Shown: in pieces, positions 12,701 through 23,600 of the stretch | How the letters are laid out: each line of letters starts with the position of its first letter | Numbering within the stretch: the first letter of the stretch is position 1 | Assembly: GCA_963924565.1 (NCBI GenBank) | Contig: OZ004612.1 | Span: 23,870,001 to 23,934,000, forward strand | Source of the DNA: Ascidiella aspersa | Taxonomy: Eukaryota | Direction: 5' to 3' | DNA length: 64,000 bases | Translations under genes and position numbers: made by a program | The notes under the pieces: model-generated | Told to the model about the DNA's origin: nothing | Database searches by the model: none | The model's input: the letters and a program-made list of their open reading frames with translations, nothing else

Positions 12701-15700
12701 TGTTGTTACAAGCAGGGCTGGGGAGCCGGAGCCGGAGCTGGAGCCCGGAGCTAAGCATTTTCTCTGGAGCCAGAGCCGGAGCCGGAGCCATTGTTATTTT
12801 TTTTTGTGGAGCTGGAGCCGGAGCCGGAGCCATTTTTATTATTTTTGTGGAGCTGGAGCCGGAGCCGGAGCCGGAGCCGGAGCCATTTTTATTATTTTTG
12901 TGGAGCTGGACCCATTTTACAATTTGTGGTGCTAAAGCTAAGAAATTATATTTTGTTCCATCTCCAACGTTAGTTAGCCAAAAGCAATTTTAAAAACTTG
13001 CCATTGAATAAGTGACTGGTGGCACCGGAGCTGGAGCCGGAGTCATTGGGTGTGTGTTTGATGGCTCCGGAGCTGGAGCCGGAGCCAAAGAATATGAGTT
13101 TTACTACTCCGGAGCTGAAGCCGGAGCCAAAGGATTGAGTTTTACGACTCCGGAGCTGGAGCCGGAGCCATTTAATAATTGGCTGATGGCTCCGGAGCTG
13201 GAGCCGGAGCTAATGCTATTTTACGGTGGCTCCCCAGCCCTGGTTACAAGGCAAAATGTTATTAAAATGTCGACGTCATTCACCCTGAAGAAGGTGGCTT
13301 GAATAGTTTGCCGAAACATTGCAGAAGAAACATAATTGCCAGAGGAGCTGTTTTTTGACAACAACCAGAGTCCCGAGTCCGATTTCGGCAAAATTAGCTT
13401 ATTTTATAGCCTGTATTGCACCAATTTAATGTAATTCAAATATGGTGGGATATGCAGCAATTCATTCATATGAGTGCCGTTTAACTCATCCAATTCCACA
13501 ATATGTATAGTTAAAACATGTTCCACTTTACAGTTTGCGGCTTTTGTGGTTTTGAATTTGGTACTGCGCATGCATACGTCGGACTCGGGACTCAAGCCCC
13601 GACTACAACTCAACAACCCTGGTTGTAGGTGTTTTACTTTAAACGGGCTGCAGTATCCCGGTATATATTTTTTAATTATCTATTTAATTCTTAGACGAAA
13701 AGTTGGTTAACTATTTCTCAACGCCTGTTACAATCACTATAGTATTACATTTTGCATTGCTATTTAATAAAACAGAGAGTAATATCACAATTTAATTGAT
13801 TTTATAACATTATTAGGTATTATATGTCACCATCCGCGTGGTTTAATAAGTTACTGACATTCAAAAATAAAGACTCGATATAATGAGAGTCTTAACGTAT
13901 TTACATCAATACAGACAAGAGACGGAAAATGGAATGTTTTATTCTGCAAAAAACGATAAATTGACTTACAGCATCAGGAACGGAATTGTTGTTTTCGTCT
14001 TGTTTGCCAAATCTGAAAGGATAGTATTTTTTAATTTAGCATTTTAGTGTTTTATCGGTAGCTAAGACTGAAAGATAACATTTTTTGCGACGGCCACGAA
14101 AAATAATAATTCTATAATTAAGTAATGTTTTAAAAACAAATAGCGTAATTTAAATTGTGTCAATTTATGTGTGTCAAATAACATTGGTTTAAATTTTTTG
14201 TCTAAAAGAAGCCAAGTCAAGCCCAAAAAACATAGACTTAAGTGCACTCAGGCCAAGTCAATGACTTAAGTCATTACAACACTGAAAGTTACCACTACAA
14301 TATTGTGGCGTTTAATCGTTTGTTTTTTGCTTATGCGCAGTGCACTGTTTAACATACTGAAGTCAGTACGCAATAAACCGAGTCCAATGGCAAACCTGGC
14401 ATCCTTAGCATAGGCTTTGGCCCGTAACAGTGCTTCATCTCGTTCCCGTGTGGCAAGCTTGATTCGAGCGTGAACGGCTGCCTCTCGGTCTTTCTGGGCG
14501 GCGTATATCTCCTCGACCAAACCTAAAATACAACAACATGGCAAAAATCAGTAACTCGCTTCTGCCAAAACCAATTGCGAAACCCATTTGGAAACAGAAT
14601 GGTGGGCAAGCAGCATCTTCGAATAACAGTCTTTATGTATTTAAGTAGAGCACAACAATTTTGAGTCGGTATGTAACAGAGATCGACCGATATCACATTT
14701 TTGGGCCATACCGATACCAGCTTTTCATTTTTAGTCAAGTAAAACCCGATACCTATACCGTTTTTTAATTAGTTAAAATAAGTGCAAATTGCTTTCATTT
14801 TTTTCACTTTTATTTTGTATATCAACTAAGTTACATGATGCTGAACACAGTTAACCAAACTGTACTGTTTAATCATTTAGGCATAAGAATTGAAGCAAAC
14901 GGCAAATTTGTAAGTTCAACAAATCGGGAATTTATTTGTTTTTAAGGGAAATGCTTTATAATATGTTTATAGTAAAATATCGGCAAATATATCGGTTCAA
15001 ATTTACCGATACCGATATATCGGCCGTTATTATCGGTATTCCGATATATCAGTCTTTCTTTAGTAATTAATGGAACTTCATAGGATCTATGTATTAAAAG
15101 TTGCCACCAGATGTATTTCACCTGGCGTAAAAAAATGAATAGAAACTGGTAATAGGACTTATTTTTAAGCGACCCATTTTTTGCCGGAAGTGAAAAAAAG
15201 TAAGATAGTGACCTGCAACTTTACTGGTTTCCTCCTCTTTACGTTCGGCTGCTTCCAATTCGTGCTCTATTTTAGTCGCATCCAATTCATTTTGTAAGGA
15301 CTTCAGTCTTTCTTCCAGCTGCAAAACGATAAATTAATTTAGGCAACCTGCCTGAACTTTATCAATCAATAAAAAAACATTGCTATGTTAAATTTACATA
15401 AATCTGGTTGTACTTTTTTCATGGAATTGGATATTTTTGTTATGATCGGGATTACGCTTTATCGTTATTTTTAAGGATGTGGTCATTGTAATGCGACACA
15501 TGAGTCGCGTTAAGCGCCGCAATGGAGGCAAGTGTCTAGGTTAGCCATCACTGAGTAAGACAATCAAACGTACAACATACAATGTTTGTACTACACTACA
15601 TTCTGAGAATATGCTATATGTATATTAATGTCATGCAAATATACTTAATTACCTCGTTTGATTTCTTTTTCTCCGCATTCAAGTTGCTCACTAACTTGGC

Positions 15701-18700
15701 AATGGTAAAAACGCTGTGTGACTCGCCATCAGATAATTCATCATCATTTTGATCACAGTCTTCCATATGACCCTATGTAAATTCACGTTTATTTTAAAAA
15801 ATATTTAATTTAAAAAAAATTAATTCATACCCAGCATGAAAAACTTTAACGACTGACACAGTGGTAGGGATGTTCCACGTAGAATATTAGGCCTCAACCA
15901 TGACGTTTATATCGGGCAATTTGAATTGAACCGCTATGATTCCTTCGTTTTACAAGTTAAGGTTAAGGCCTATCGCTGTTACGAAGCATTTTTAGTGCTT
16001 GCTTTAAATGTAGCCATTTAGTGCGACGTCAGCGAATTTTTCGGGCAACAAATTTCTTGACGATAACCTTCGCCTTTTCATTAAGTGTCAATCAAATGTT
16101 AATGTATGAGCGACTAGCGTGCAATGCCAGGTGTAGAGTCCACAGTTTCCTTTAATGCGTTAAGTTGCAAAAGCAACAATCCTTTGCAAAACGCGTTAGC
16201 CTCAGACAAAATGCGCTACGGGGTTACTTATTTAAGTAATGGTAAACGCATTACAAGAAGTTGTGAACAGCACTTGTAGAACTAAAACACAACAATGTTC
16301 TATTAAACGGACCCAATTTGTGCACAGTTCATCGTGTTGCATTACACTCACTCTAATGGTAAAAAAATAAGTTTAACAACCGGAAATTTAAACAACTGAT
16401 TTTCATAAAGGGTATATTACAAAAAAAAACCTCCCCACATTAAAAAGAAATTAATTATTTAATTAAAAATATACCAGAATTTTGTATTCCAGATTTGGTA
16501 TTCTACATTCAAAACCTAATATTCCAGAATCCTTTGAGATTGTACATTGAACATCTCTTCCCAGTGATACTTAAAACATGCAATGCCTTTAGAATGATTT
16601 TGTTGGGTCTGTGACACAGCCAGCAACAGGAATTTCGCTATTTATTATTGATTTACTTATTTCTATTACCACAAAATCTTGATTGGTGCATTTTTTTATC
16701 ATGCAAATGAATTTGAACGCACATAGCAGGGGATAACAATATTTGTAAACATTTTATTTAAACACGCCCCTGAAAAATTAAAAAAATCGAACTGGAGCAT
16801 TGATTCACACACTTTGAAAACCTCTTGGCTAATTTAAACCCAAAGTTTACTACTGTATTGGAATGTCATTTAATAAATAAATAAGTTTTATTATTTGTTT
16901 AAATGGCAGAACAGATTTAACTTATATTCAAAAAAAGTTGAAAATAAATGTTTTAATGTTATTTGAAACCTACACGTAGGGATCTTCTACTTTTTGGCAG
17001 CACAGCTTCAACAAGGTGGAAATCAACAGTACTGCTGTCCACTTGGGACTGGGCAAGCGCAGAGGGTCTGCAAAAAAATTATTAATATACATTTATAATG
17101 TACACAGTGTCACAGATTCAAACAAAAATCAGCCAGCAAGATGCTTAAACTTAAAATACAAAATATTCATTTCAGTTTGTCAATACAGTTAAAAATATTT
17201 AAAAAAAACTTTATTGTTGGCGTTCTGCGGGGGAAGTTCTATGAATAAACCAACACATCTTAAAAAACTTACAGGAAACCAAACTGGCACTTCATTTTCA
17301 CAAGTTACAAGGGTTATTTTAATTTCTCATCCTTTTCCGTTTTACCATATAGCAGTGTTGTAAACAAGTCATTTTAAAAGTTCCAGTCAAGTCATTCCAA
17401 AATAACAAGTCAAGTCTCAGTCTAAGTCATCAGTTGCCCAAGTCAAGTCATTATGAGAGCAAGTCAATTTAAGTCATGTCATTGGCATAAAAGTAAACTC
17501 TTAAACTATTAAAATCGGTAAACCCGTCCAATAATAATTAGCGACAATCTAACTAAAAAATAACACAAACGCAATATACAGCACTAAAAGTCTTTAATAG
17601 TGCAAAACTTGAGACAATTTTTAATAAAAAACACTTCTTTAATCCAAAGTTATTTGACAAAATGACTCAAGTCAATGACTGAAGTCATTACAACACTGTC
17701 ATATGGCATATTTTTAACCTATTTCATGCAACCCACTTCGATTCTAAGCTCCAGACTCCATCACTCTTCTCCGATGTTAGAGTTTGACGCTTGCGGTCTT
17801 TCAAACCAGATCTCTTTGTGTGCCCTGTTGTCGCATTTTCCACCTTCGGGGTGCTGCTTCTTCTTTCAAAGCCAACCAATCTGTTTCTGAATGCTGCTTC
17901 GTGTGGAGTAATGCTGTTCTCTTTTTTACAGTTTGCATGGTGTTCTTTTTCTTCCATAATGGAATCCCTGTCAGTACAGTTGTTACTTCTGGGTGCTGTT
18001 TCAGTTCTGAAAAGAGTTGTTTTTAGGTTTTCTAATTAACATCATGTTACCTTGGGGGATACAACAGGTAAAAGTAATTTGTTTGGACATTCCTAAACAA
18101 ACTGGTAAGTATGTGACTTCAAGTTATTAAAGCTTAGTGTTTGTCTATTGTATAATAAAAATATGTTGCACTTGTATTAATTTTGCATAATGCTGAACAA
18201 CCAAACTCTGTTAAATTAGTAAACATAAACATTAACGCAAATCACAAAATAAAAAAAAATAAAAATTGGTTTCTTTCAACAAAGAGCTCAGTGTTATTTT
18301 ATATATTATCAAAAATATCTTCCAAAATTTATCCGTACCAGTAGGATATATCGGTAGGTCCCAGCCAGTATTATTCATTACCCAATATGTTGGTTTATCT
18401 CCATTTATAAACCAGATACACCAATACAAATTTAGCACAAAAACGTGTTCACTAAATACAATATTGAAGCTATAATCATGTTGCAAACCTTGTTTGTTTT
18501 TCTTCCAAATCATCAAAAAGAGCTGTTTGTTCATCCTTGTTAACCATTTCTAAAAAGGTTTACAGAAAAAATATAGCTTGTGTAAACCTTTTAATGTAGT
18601 GTTTGGTGAAACACATATTTAAATCATTTCTTAAAACACTTTTAAGTCGTTGTCCTTACAAACAAAAAACCCAAATGGTACAAAACTATTACTAACCTGA

Positions 18701-19718
18701 AGTTTTTACATTGTCGCAACTTTCAGATTCAAGTTCACTCTGACTGCAATATAAGTGTAAAAACTTGTTATATAATTCCAAATTAAAAATGTCATTACTG
18801 ATTGTTATATGTTTTAACTTTTAAGTGTTTTAAACAGAAGACTTTGTATAAATTATTACTCTAACACTGTTTTATTTATGAAATAGACCGAAGAGGCTAT
18901 TTTCCCGGCAACCCGTTACTCAACTTTAAAATTCAAAGTATGGTTACCAATCCATTTCCATATATGGAAGAAAGGGCCGGCCCCCGAGTTTGAAATTCTA
19001 AGTTCGGTAAACGGCTAAAGAATTAGTTTGCAATTAAGAAGCACCTTTTTCTGTGCATTATTTGGGTTAGGGTGTAGGTTAGTGTTTAGGTGGGGGTGGG
19101 TTAGGGATTATTATTTTATTATCTAATAATATTGTTTAACCTATGGATCCAAACCCAACCAAAATTCTAGACCAGTGCTGAAGTTTTCCCAACCGTTTAA
19201 TAAACTTTGCACTACTGTTAATGGCTTTAGCAATACTGTATTTGGCTGATCCGGTTACAGTGCGGCAGTGCAAATTTCAAAGTTTTGTAACAAGCCCGCC
19301 AGGCAAATAGCCTCTTACTTTATTTATTAGGTACTAATTAGGCATGTAAACTGGCATGAATATGATATCCAAATGTATGTTAGTGTTATGAAATTTAAAA
19401 CATTTACTAATTAGAATCCTACGACGCGCACAGTATTTTGGGTTAAGGTGTTTAGCTTTGTTGGGTGGGTTAAACAATATTATTAAATATTAAGTATAAT
19501 AATACTTGACCAACCCACACCCATATTTATGAGTGACTGAACTGAAATATACAACCAAAATATGTTTTTAAATAAACGTAAATGTCAACTAGACGTTTGT
19601 ACCTGAATTGCAATTCTTCTTCAGCGTTCAAAAGTTGTGCGGCTACATCTTCAACAGCTGATTTCACGTGCTTTAGCAACCGTTTCGATTTTTCATCACA
19701 ATCTTGAATGGTTGACAT
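6776..19718 (-). CDS. MIPOL1: Mirror-image polydactyly 1 (MIPOL1) orthologue, coiled-coil protein of about 548 aa; exons 19603-19718, 18697-18743, 18489-18549, 17737-18006, 16974-17067, 15653-15772, 15213-15318, 14396-14522, 13970-14012, 12149-12319, 11152-11244, 10159-10253, 8339-8527, 6776-6890
   Basis: The phase-consistent GT-AG exon chain sums to 1647 nt and ends in TAG at 6776-6778. Peptides LVEEIYAAQKDREAAVHARIKLATRERDEALLRAK, RITCEEMAAVIGERDSALYKCRSL, EEMETLNVYYSFHKQL and RLDRLVTVLRKK match recalled vertebrate MIPOL1 blocks (LVEEVYFAQKERDEAVMSRLQLAIEERDEAIARAK; RITAEEMSALIEERDAALSKCKRL; EEIQTLRVYYSLHKSL; KLERLVDVLRKK). The gene is adjacent to FoxA, as in other deuterostomes. The five 5' exons rest on splice-phase logic only. 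Confidence 0.9.
6995..7295. mobile_element. hAT-type MITE (same family as 47498-47833)
   Basis: GTATAAAC duplicated at 6987-6994 and 7296-7303; the internal sequence (ttgcactgaatg...gaaatc...gtgacgtaa..tgacgtcatttt) is shared with 47498-47833. Confidence 0.8.
7992..8064 (+). pseudogene. tRNA-derived element / tRNA pseudogene (anticodon loop reads GGT, Thr-like) in the last MIPOL1 intron
   Basis: 73 nt with A box TAGCTCAGTTGG, perfect T arm GTGAG-TTCGAAC-CTCAC and anticodon stem GGCC/GGCC. The acceptor stem is mismatched and position 33 is C, so it is unlikely to be a functional tRNA. Confidence 0.75.
9315..9956. mobile_element. hAT-type MITE
   Basis: TIRs CAGTGGTCTTCAAC / GTTGGAGACCACTG, subterminal CGACCC repeats, TSD ATCTATAT / ATCTACAT. 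Confidence 0.85.
10428..10742. repeat. Dispersed repeat family with GGAGTC(G) terminal motifs; further copies at about 11810-12113 (direct) and about 13364-13621 (inverted)
   Basis: Shared internal blocks gcgcatg..., gtggatgaattatat and aatacaggctg, plus GAGTCG/CGACTC arrays near the ends. Confidence 0.65.
10882..11126. repeat. Tandem duplication, 2 copies, period about 127 bp
   Basis: cacggccggaactgacccgcgagcagt...ggatcgaaatgaaaggt occurs at 10882 and 11009 with few differences. Confidence 0.9.
12375..12692. mobile_element. hAT-type MITE
   Basis: TIRs CAGGCGTGTCCAAC / GTTGGACACCCCTG; TSD GTATAAAC / GTATGAAC. Confidence 0.85.
12713..13242. mobile_element. Young MITE filled with (GGAGCC/GGAGCT)n hexamer arrays
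   Basis: Perfect 15-bp TIRs CAGGGCTGGGGAGCC / GGCTCCCCAGCCCTG and perfect TSD GTTACAAG (12705-12712, 13243-13250); it explains the spurious PAPA/EPEP/GAGA ORFs. Confidence 0.92.
14678..15059. mobile_element. Degenerate MITE with CCGATA subterminal repeats
   Basis: AGAGATCGACCGATAT ... ATATCAGTCTTTCT imperfect inverted termini; repeated CCGATA/TATCGG motifs. Confidence 0.6.
17353..17698. mobile_element. MITE family with (CAAGT)n pentamer arrays; copies also at about 14180-14284 (partial), 39461-39788 and 46362-46779
   Basis: TIRs CAGTGTTGTAA / TTACAACACTG; shared end aagtcaatgactNaagtcattacaacactg. Confidence 0.8.
18891..19316. mobile_element. Inverted-repeat element with an internal degenerate GGTTAG tract
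   Basis: Termini AAGAGGCTATTT / AAATAGCCTCTT; internal gggttagggtgtaggttagtgtttagg...ggttaggg at about 19064-19107. Confidence 0.6.
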
Positions 19719-19974
19719 CTATTTTGATAAGACAACTGCCTTTTGTACCTAAATGGTGGCTATTTGTTTTCCAATTAACAATTCACGAATTGACTTCACA
19801 CAAGTTTTACGACGCAAACGTTCTGCTTGTTTACAGTAACAACAGGTTTAGTAACAGTCCTGCCCTCTCTCCCCACCTGCCGGAAGTAGAATCTCTGCAA
19901 ATCTGTCGCATGAGCGCATAACAATTTTCTCTCGAGAATCCGTTTTAACTACGCTTATGTGGATCGTCTTTTAA

Positions 19975-20672
19975 ATGATTACAGTTAAAGAAAACATCGT
20001 GTATGATGCAACAACAGATCAAATGGTTGGTTTTGTTGACCTTGGAACACGTTCTCAAAATACAGATGTTGCAGTATCTCATGCATTGCAGTTTTACATG
20101 CGCTCCATAATGAGTGATTTTTCAAGGCCATTGGCATTTTATCCAACCCATAACATCAATGCATGCCACCTTGCAAGTATGTTTTGGGAAGTTGGAAGAG
20201 AATTAAAAGAGTGTCATTTTTCTGTTTTAGCTCTTGTAGCAGATGGTGCTTCTAGCAACAGAAAATGTTCTCACTGCTTAATAATTTAAAATTGGAAATT
20301 CCTTACAAGTGTTGTAATGTGTACAACCCAGATGTACCAATCTTTTTAATATCTGACCCTCCGCATTTATTAAAAACAGCTTCTAACAATGTAAGATCAA
20401 GTAAGCCATCTGGTACCAAAATGTTAAAATATGATCAACATTTCATCTTGTGGGACCGTTTTTGTCGTGTTCCAAGTTTATTTAATTCTAATGAGCTAAG
20501 ATGGTGTAAGTTAAACACGGGCCACTTTTCCAGTCAGAGCTATGCAAAAATGCGGGTTTGCTATGCTGCCCAGCTTTTGTCTGGTAGTGTCGCAAGTTTA
20601 ATGGAAAACAGAGGTGGTGAAGAAATGAAGCAGAGTGCTTGGTTTGCAAGGTTAATGAATAAATGGTTTGAC
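19975..20672 (+). pseudogene. P-element/THAP9-type DNA transposase relic (internal fragment, frameshifted)
   Basis: The ORFs at 19975 and 20265 join through a single missing A near 20262-20265 (SNRK|MFSLL). Motifs: VYD...VGFVDLG, SHALQFYMRSI, DGASSNRK, ISDPPHLLKTASNN, KMRVCYAAQLLSGSVA, MNKWFDL. No THAP domain, C-terminus or TIRs are visible. Confidence 0.88.
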
Positions 20673-23600
20673 CTAAAAATAAAAATAAAAAAAAACTACC
20701 GTACGCTTATGTTTTTTTTTAATTATACCTTGTTAACCTCTTTACCGACTCATTTGTTCAAAAGAAACTTACTCAAATGGGCATTTTAGCGTTCATAAAT
20801 AGCCATCAATACCGAAACTGTTAACTTTTGTCTTTTAGATGAAAACTTTATACTTATAGCATGCAGGATTTTTTTTATTAACTTTAATCGTTTTAGTCTA
20901 ATTAGCTAAAAATTTAAATTTAAATAAGCCTGTATAAACTCGTTCATGTTTGTATTTAAAAGACGTCAACAGAAAAAATGAATTAAGTTTATTAGACGGT
21001 GCATGTTGCGTACGGCGCCTTTAAGCTAAAATAATATTTCCCCTAATGGTGAACATGTTTACAAAGCCTAACAAGAATCGCGCGAAACGCGGAACTTTTT
21101 ACGTTTCTACCGGTACGCATAAGTTAGGCAAACATGGGCGCCCCCACGGCACTTATCTTCCCCTCTGGGATTTCAAAATGCGATAGTAATTATCGTTTAT
21201 AAGTGTAATATGTAGATAATTATGAAGGTTAAAAATATATGATAAATTATCTATTTAAATTTTTACTGATATAAAATCGTATGTACCTGAAGTTAAATTA
21301 TGTGTATATATTCATATTTCCCCTAAATTTAATTTTGGAGGCTTGGCTTATTCATGCACAAGTGTATTTATAGAAAACCACTTCCGAGAAATTTATAAAG
21401 AAAAAATCACTTATTAATTGCAGTTATTGGCTGACATAAGTTTTATCGTACATTTTGCTGGCTTTAACAATTCTTATCCGATTTCTAACCTCATATTGCA
21501 TGGGATTCATTGGAACCGACACTGTGCCGTTCGCTTTGAAGCTTGTATTATGAAATTTAGATTTCAAGAGAAATTTTATGCAAAGAATATTAATTTGCCC
21601 ATATACAAAGTAGAAAAATAGAGAAAATAGTCTAAAAATGTTAACTTGCTTAAAAATAAAAAAAAAATAAAAAAAAAAAATAAATAAAGAAAAAATAATA
21701 AAGCTAAGGGGTAAACAACCGGGTACGCCTAAATTTAGTCCTAATTAAAATCATTTAAAGTACGCAGGCCTGTGTATTATAACGTTTGCAAAACGTGTTG
21801 CATATATAGTAAACATACGAAAATCGAATATAGGTCTATACCGTTGTAACACAACAACTAATCCGGGTTAACGTTATGTTTATTACTATAGTAGAGTGCT
21901 AGACTTCGTTGCTGCAAAACCAAAACCATGAAAATTACTTCCAAAGTGCAATGGCCAAGGGCGCCCCTTGTGGACAGATGTTTGCAAATGAAGGCCAAAT
22001 AGGCTACAATTCATCACCGTCCTTGGCAAGCGGCATGACATCAAGCACATTAACGCAAATGGCGCGACACCCTTAGTCCTTAAAAATTCAGGCCGGCGTG
22101 ATAAAACGGCACTATAGGACACCCGCCGACCCTGCTTTGAAACTCTCACCTGGTTTTATGTGCAACTGACCGCTATTGCAGGGTGGCCCCGATCATTTCC
22201 AACGCCGTCTACCGGCGCAGATGGGTAAACATTCAAGTGGTCACGGTCTTAGCTCGGTCGTTTAGCGGTGGCTCGACTAAAAGCGTCATTTGCCGTCGAA
22301 GACAGATTTACCCTCTATACAGTGCTGGGTTAACTTTCATTTGAGCCCGAGCTTACCAAACAAGAGGCTGATGGACTATTATTTTTTGGGACGTCTTGGG
22401 AGTTTGAATGTAACTCCGAACTGAATAAACGGAAAATACACCCTTAACAGACAAGAAAATATTTTCACTGCTGTATATTAAAATAGCGAAATTGTCGACC
22501 GTGTATTTAAAGCGTTAAAGTGTACAGAAGTGTCCTAACTTTACCTGATACTAAAAATAAATTCAGTGAAAATATTTTTCAATTTGTCGTATTATTAACA
22601 ACAGTAAACACAAAGATTCAACTAAGTAAAGAACCTAATAAACCGAACATCAGTTTGTTTGGATGTTATATGATAAATATATTTCTCTACTATAAAGGCA
22701 TCATCAGTATCTGAAAACACAACACAATGTTGGAACGGCCGTCAAATAAAGATTTTGTTGACATTTTTTTAAACAGATTGGGTTTGTTTGAATATTTTCG
22801 ATAGAAAACTTACGAATTTGCTGCTGAAAAGAAACAGATTTAGTTGACTCAAGCTCCTTGCAAAACAGGCTCGTGTGAAAAAGGTATATTTCGACGTCAA
22901 CACTTGACCCTGATGCTTTATCGCTTTCCCAATGCCACTTGACTTGTATTTGTTCTTCTCCCCGACCGCCGACGTCCTGTAAGTATTCACAGTGTTACAA
23001 TCCATCAGGACTATGTCTCAGAACTCGTGAAGTGCTGGCTCAATCTTGGTTGAGATATATAGCACTAAAGATTACATTGCAACTGCACATTTATAGTGCT
23101 TCTCACTATACGCACAAAAGATATATTCTGAAATACATACTGTCCTTGATTTTGTATCTATACTATAGAATGTCTTCATGCATATTGTGAAATAATCCCG
23201 TACATGCAGCTACATTAATCATGAAAGTGCACACTTGAGACACATTTTTATCATCGCTTTTAGCTCGACAGCAAAATCCTATTGAGTCGCGTACAGTATA
23301 TATGTTAAGTTTTGCATATTAATTCTTTTGTGAAGCAAATTGTCAGATCTAAAAGTTATTTTTTAGGAAAACGATAAAATTCTCCAACTTTACCACTCCA
23401 CAAAAGAACAGAGCCCAAAAGTGTAATGTACAAAAAATCCTAAAAAGTTTGTTGTAATATTCATTGTGTGCAATGTTTGACATTATAAGTTTGGCCATGA
23501 TTTATTTTAATAAAAGCTTAAAATATCTTATACTGTTACTGTCTATATTTTAAACATAGCTTAAATTCCAACATTATGATTTATTGTGACTTTGTCGTTT

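Noticed and set aside
12621-13302. ORFs rich in PAPA / EPEP / GAGA / SRSR
   Set aside because: They are translations of GGAGCC hexamer arrays inside a MITE with TIRs and TSD
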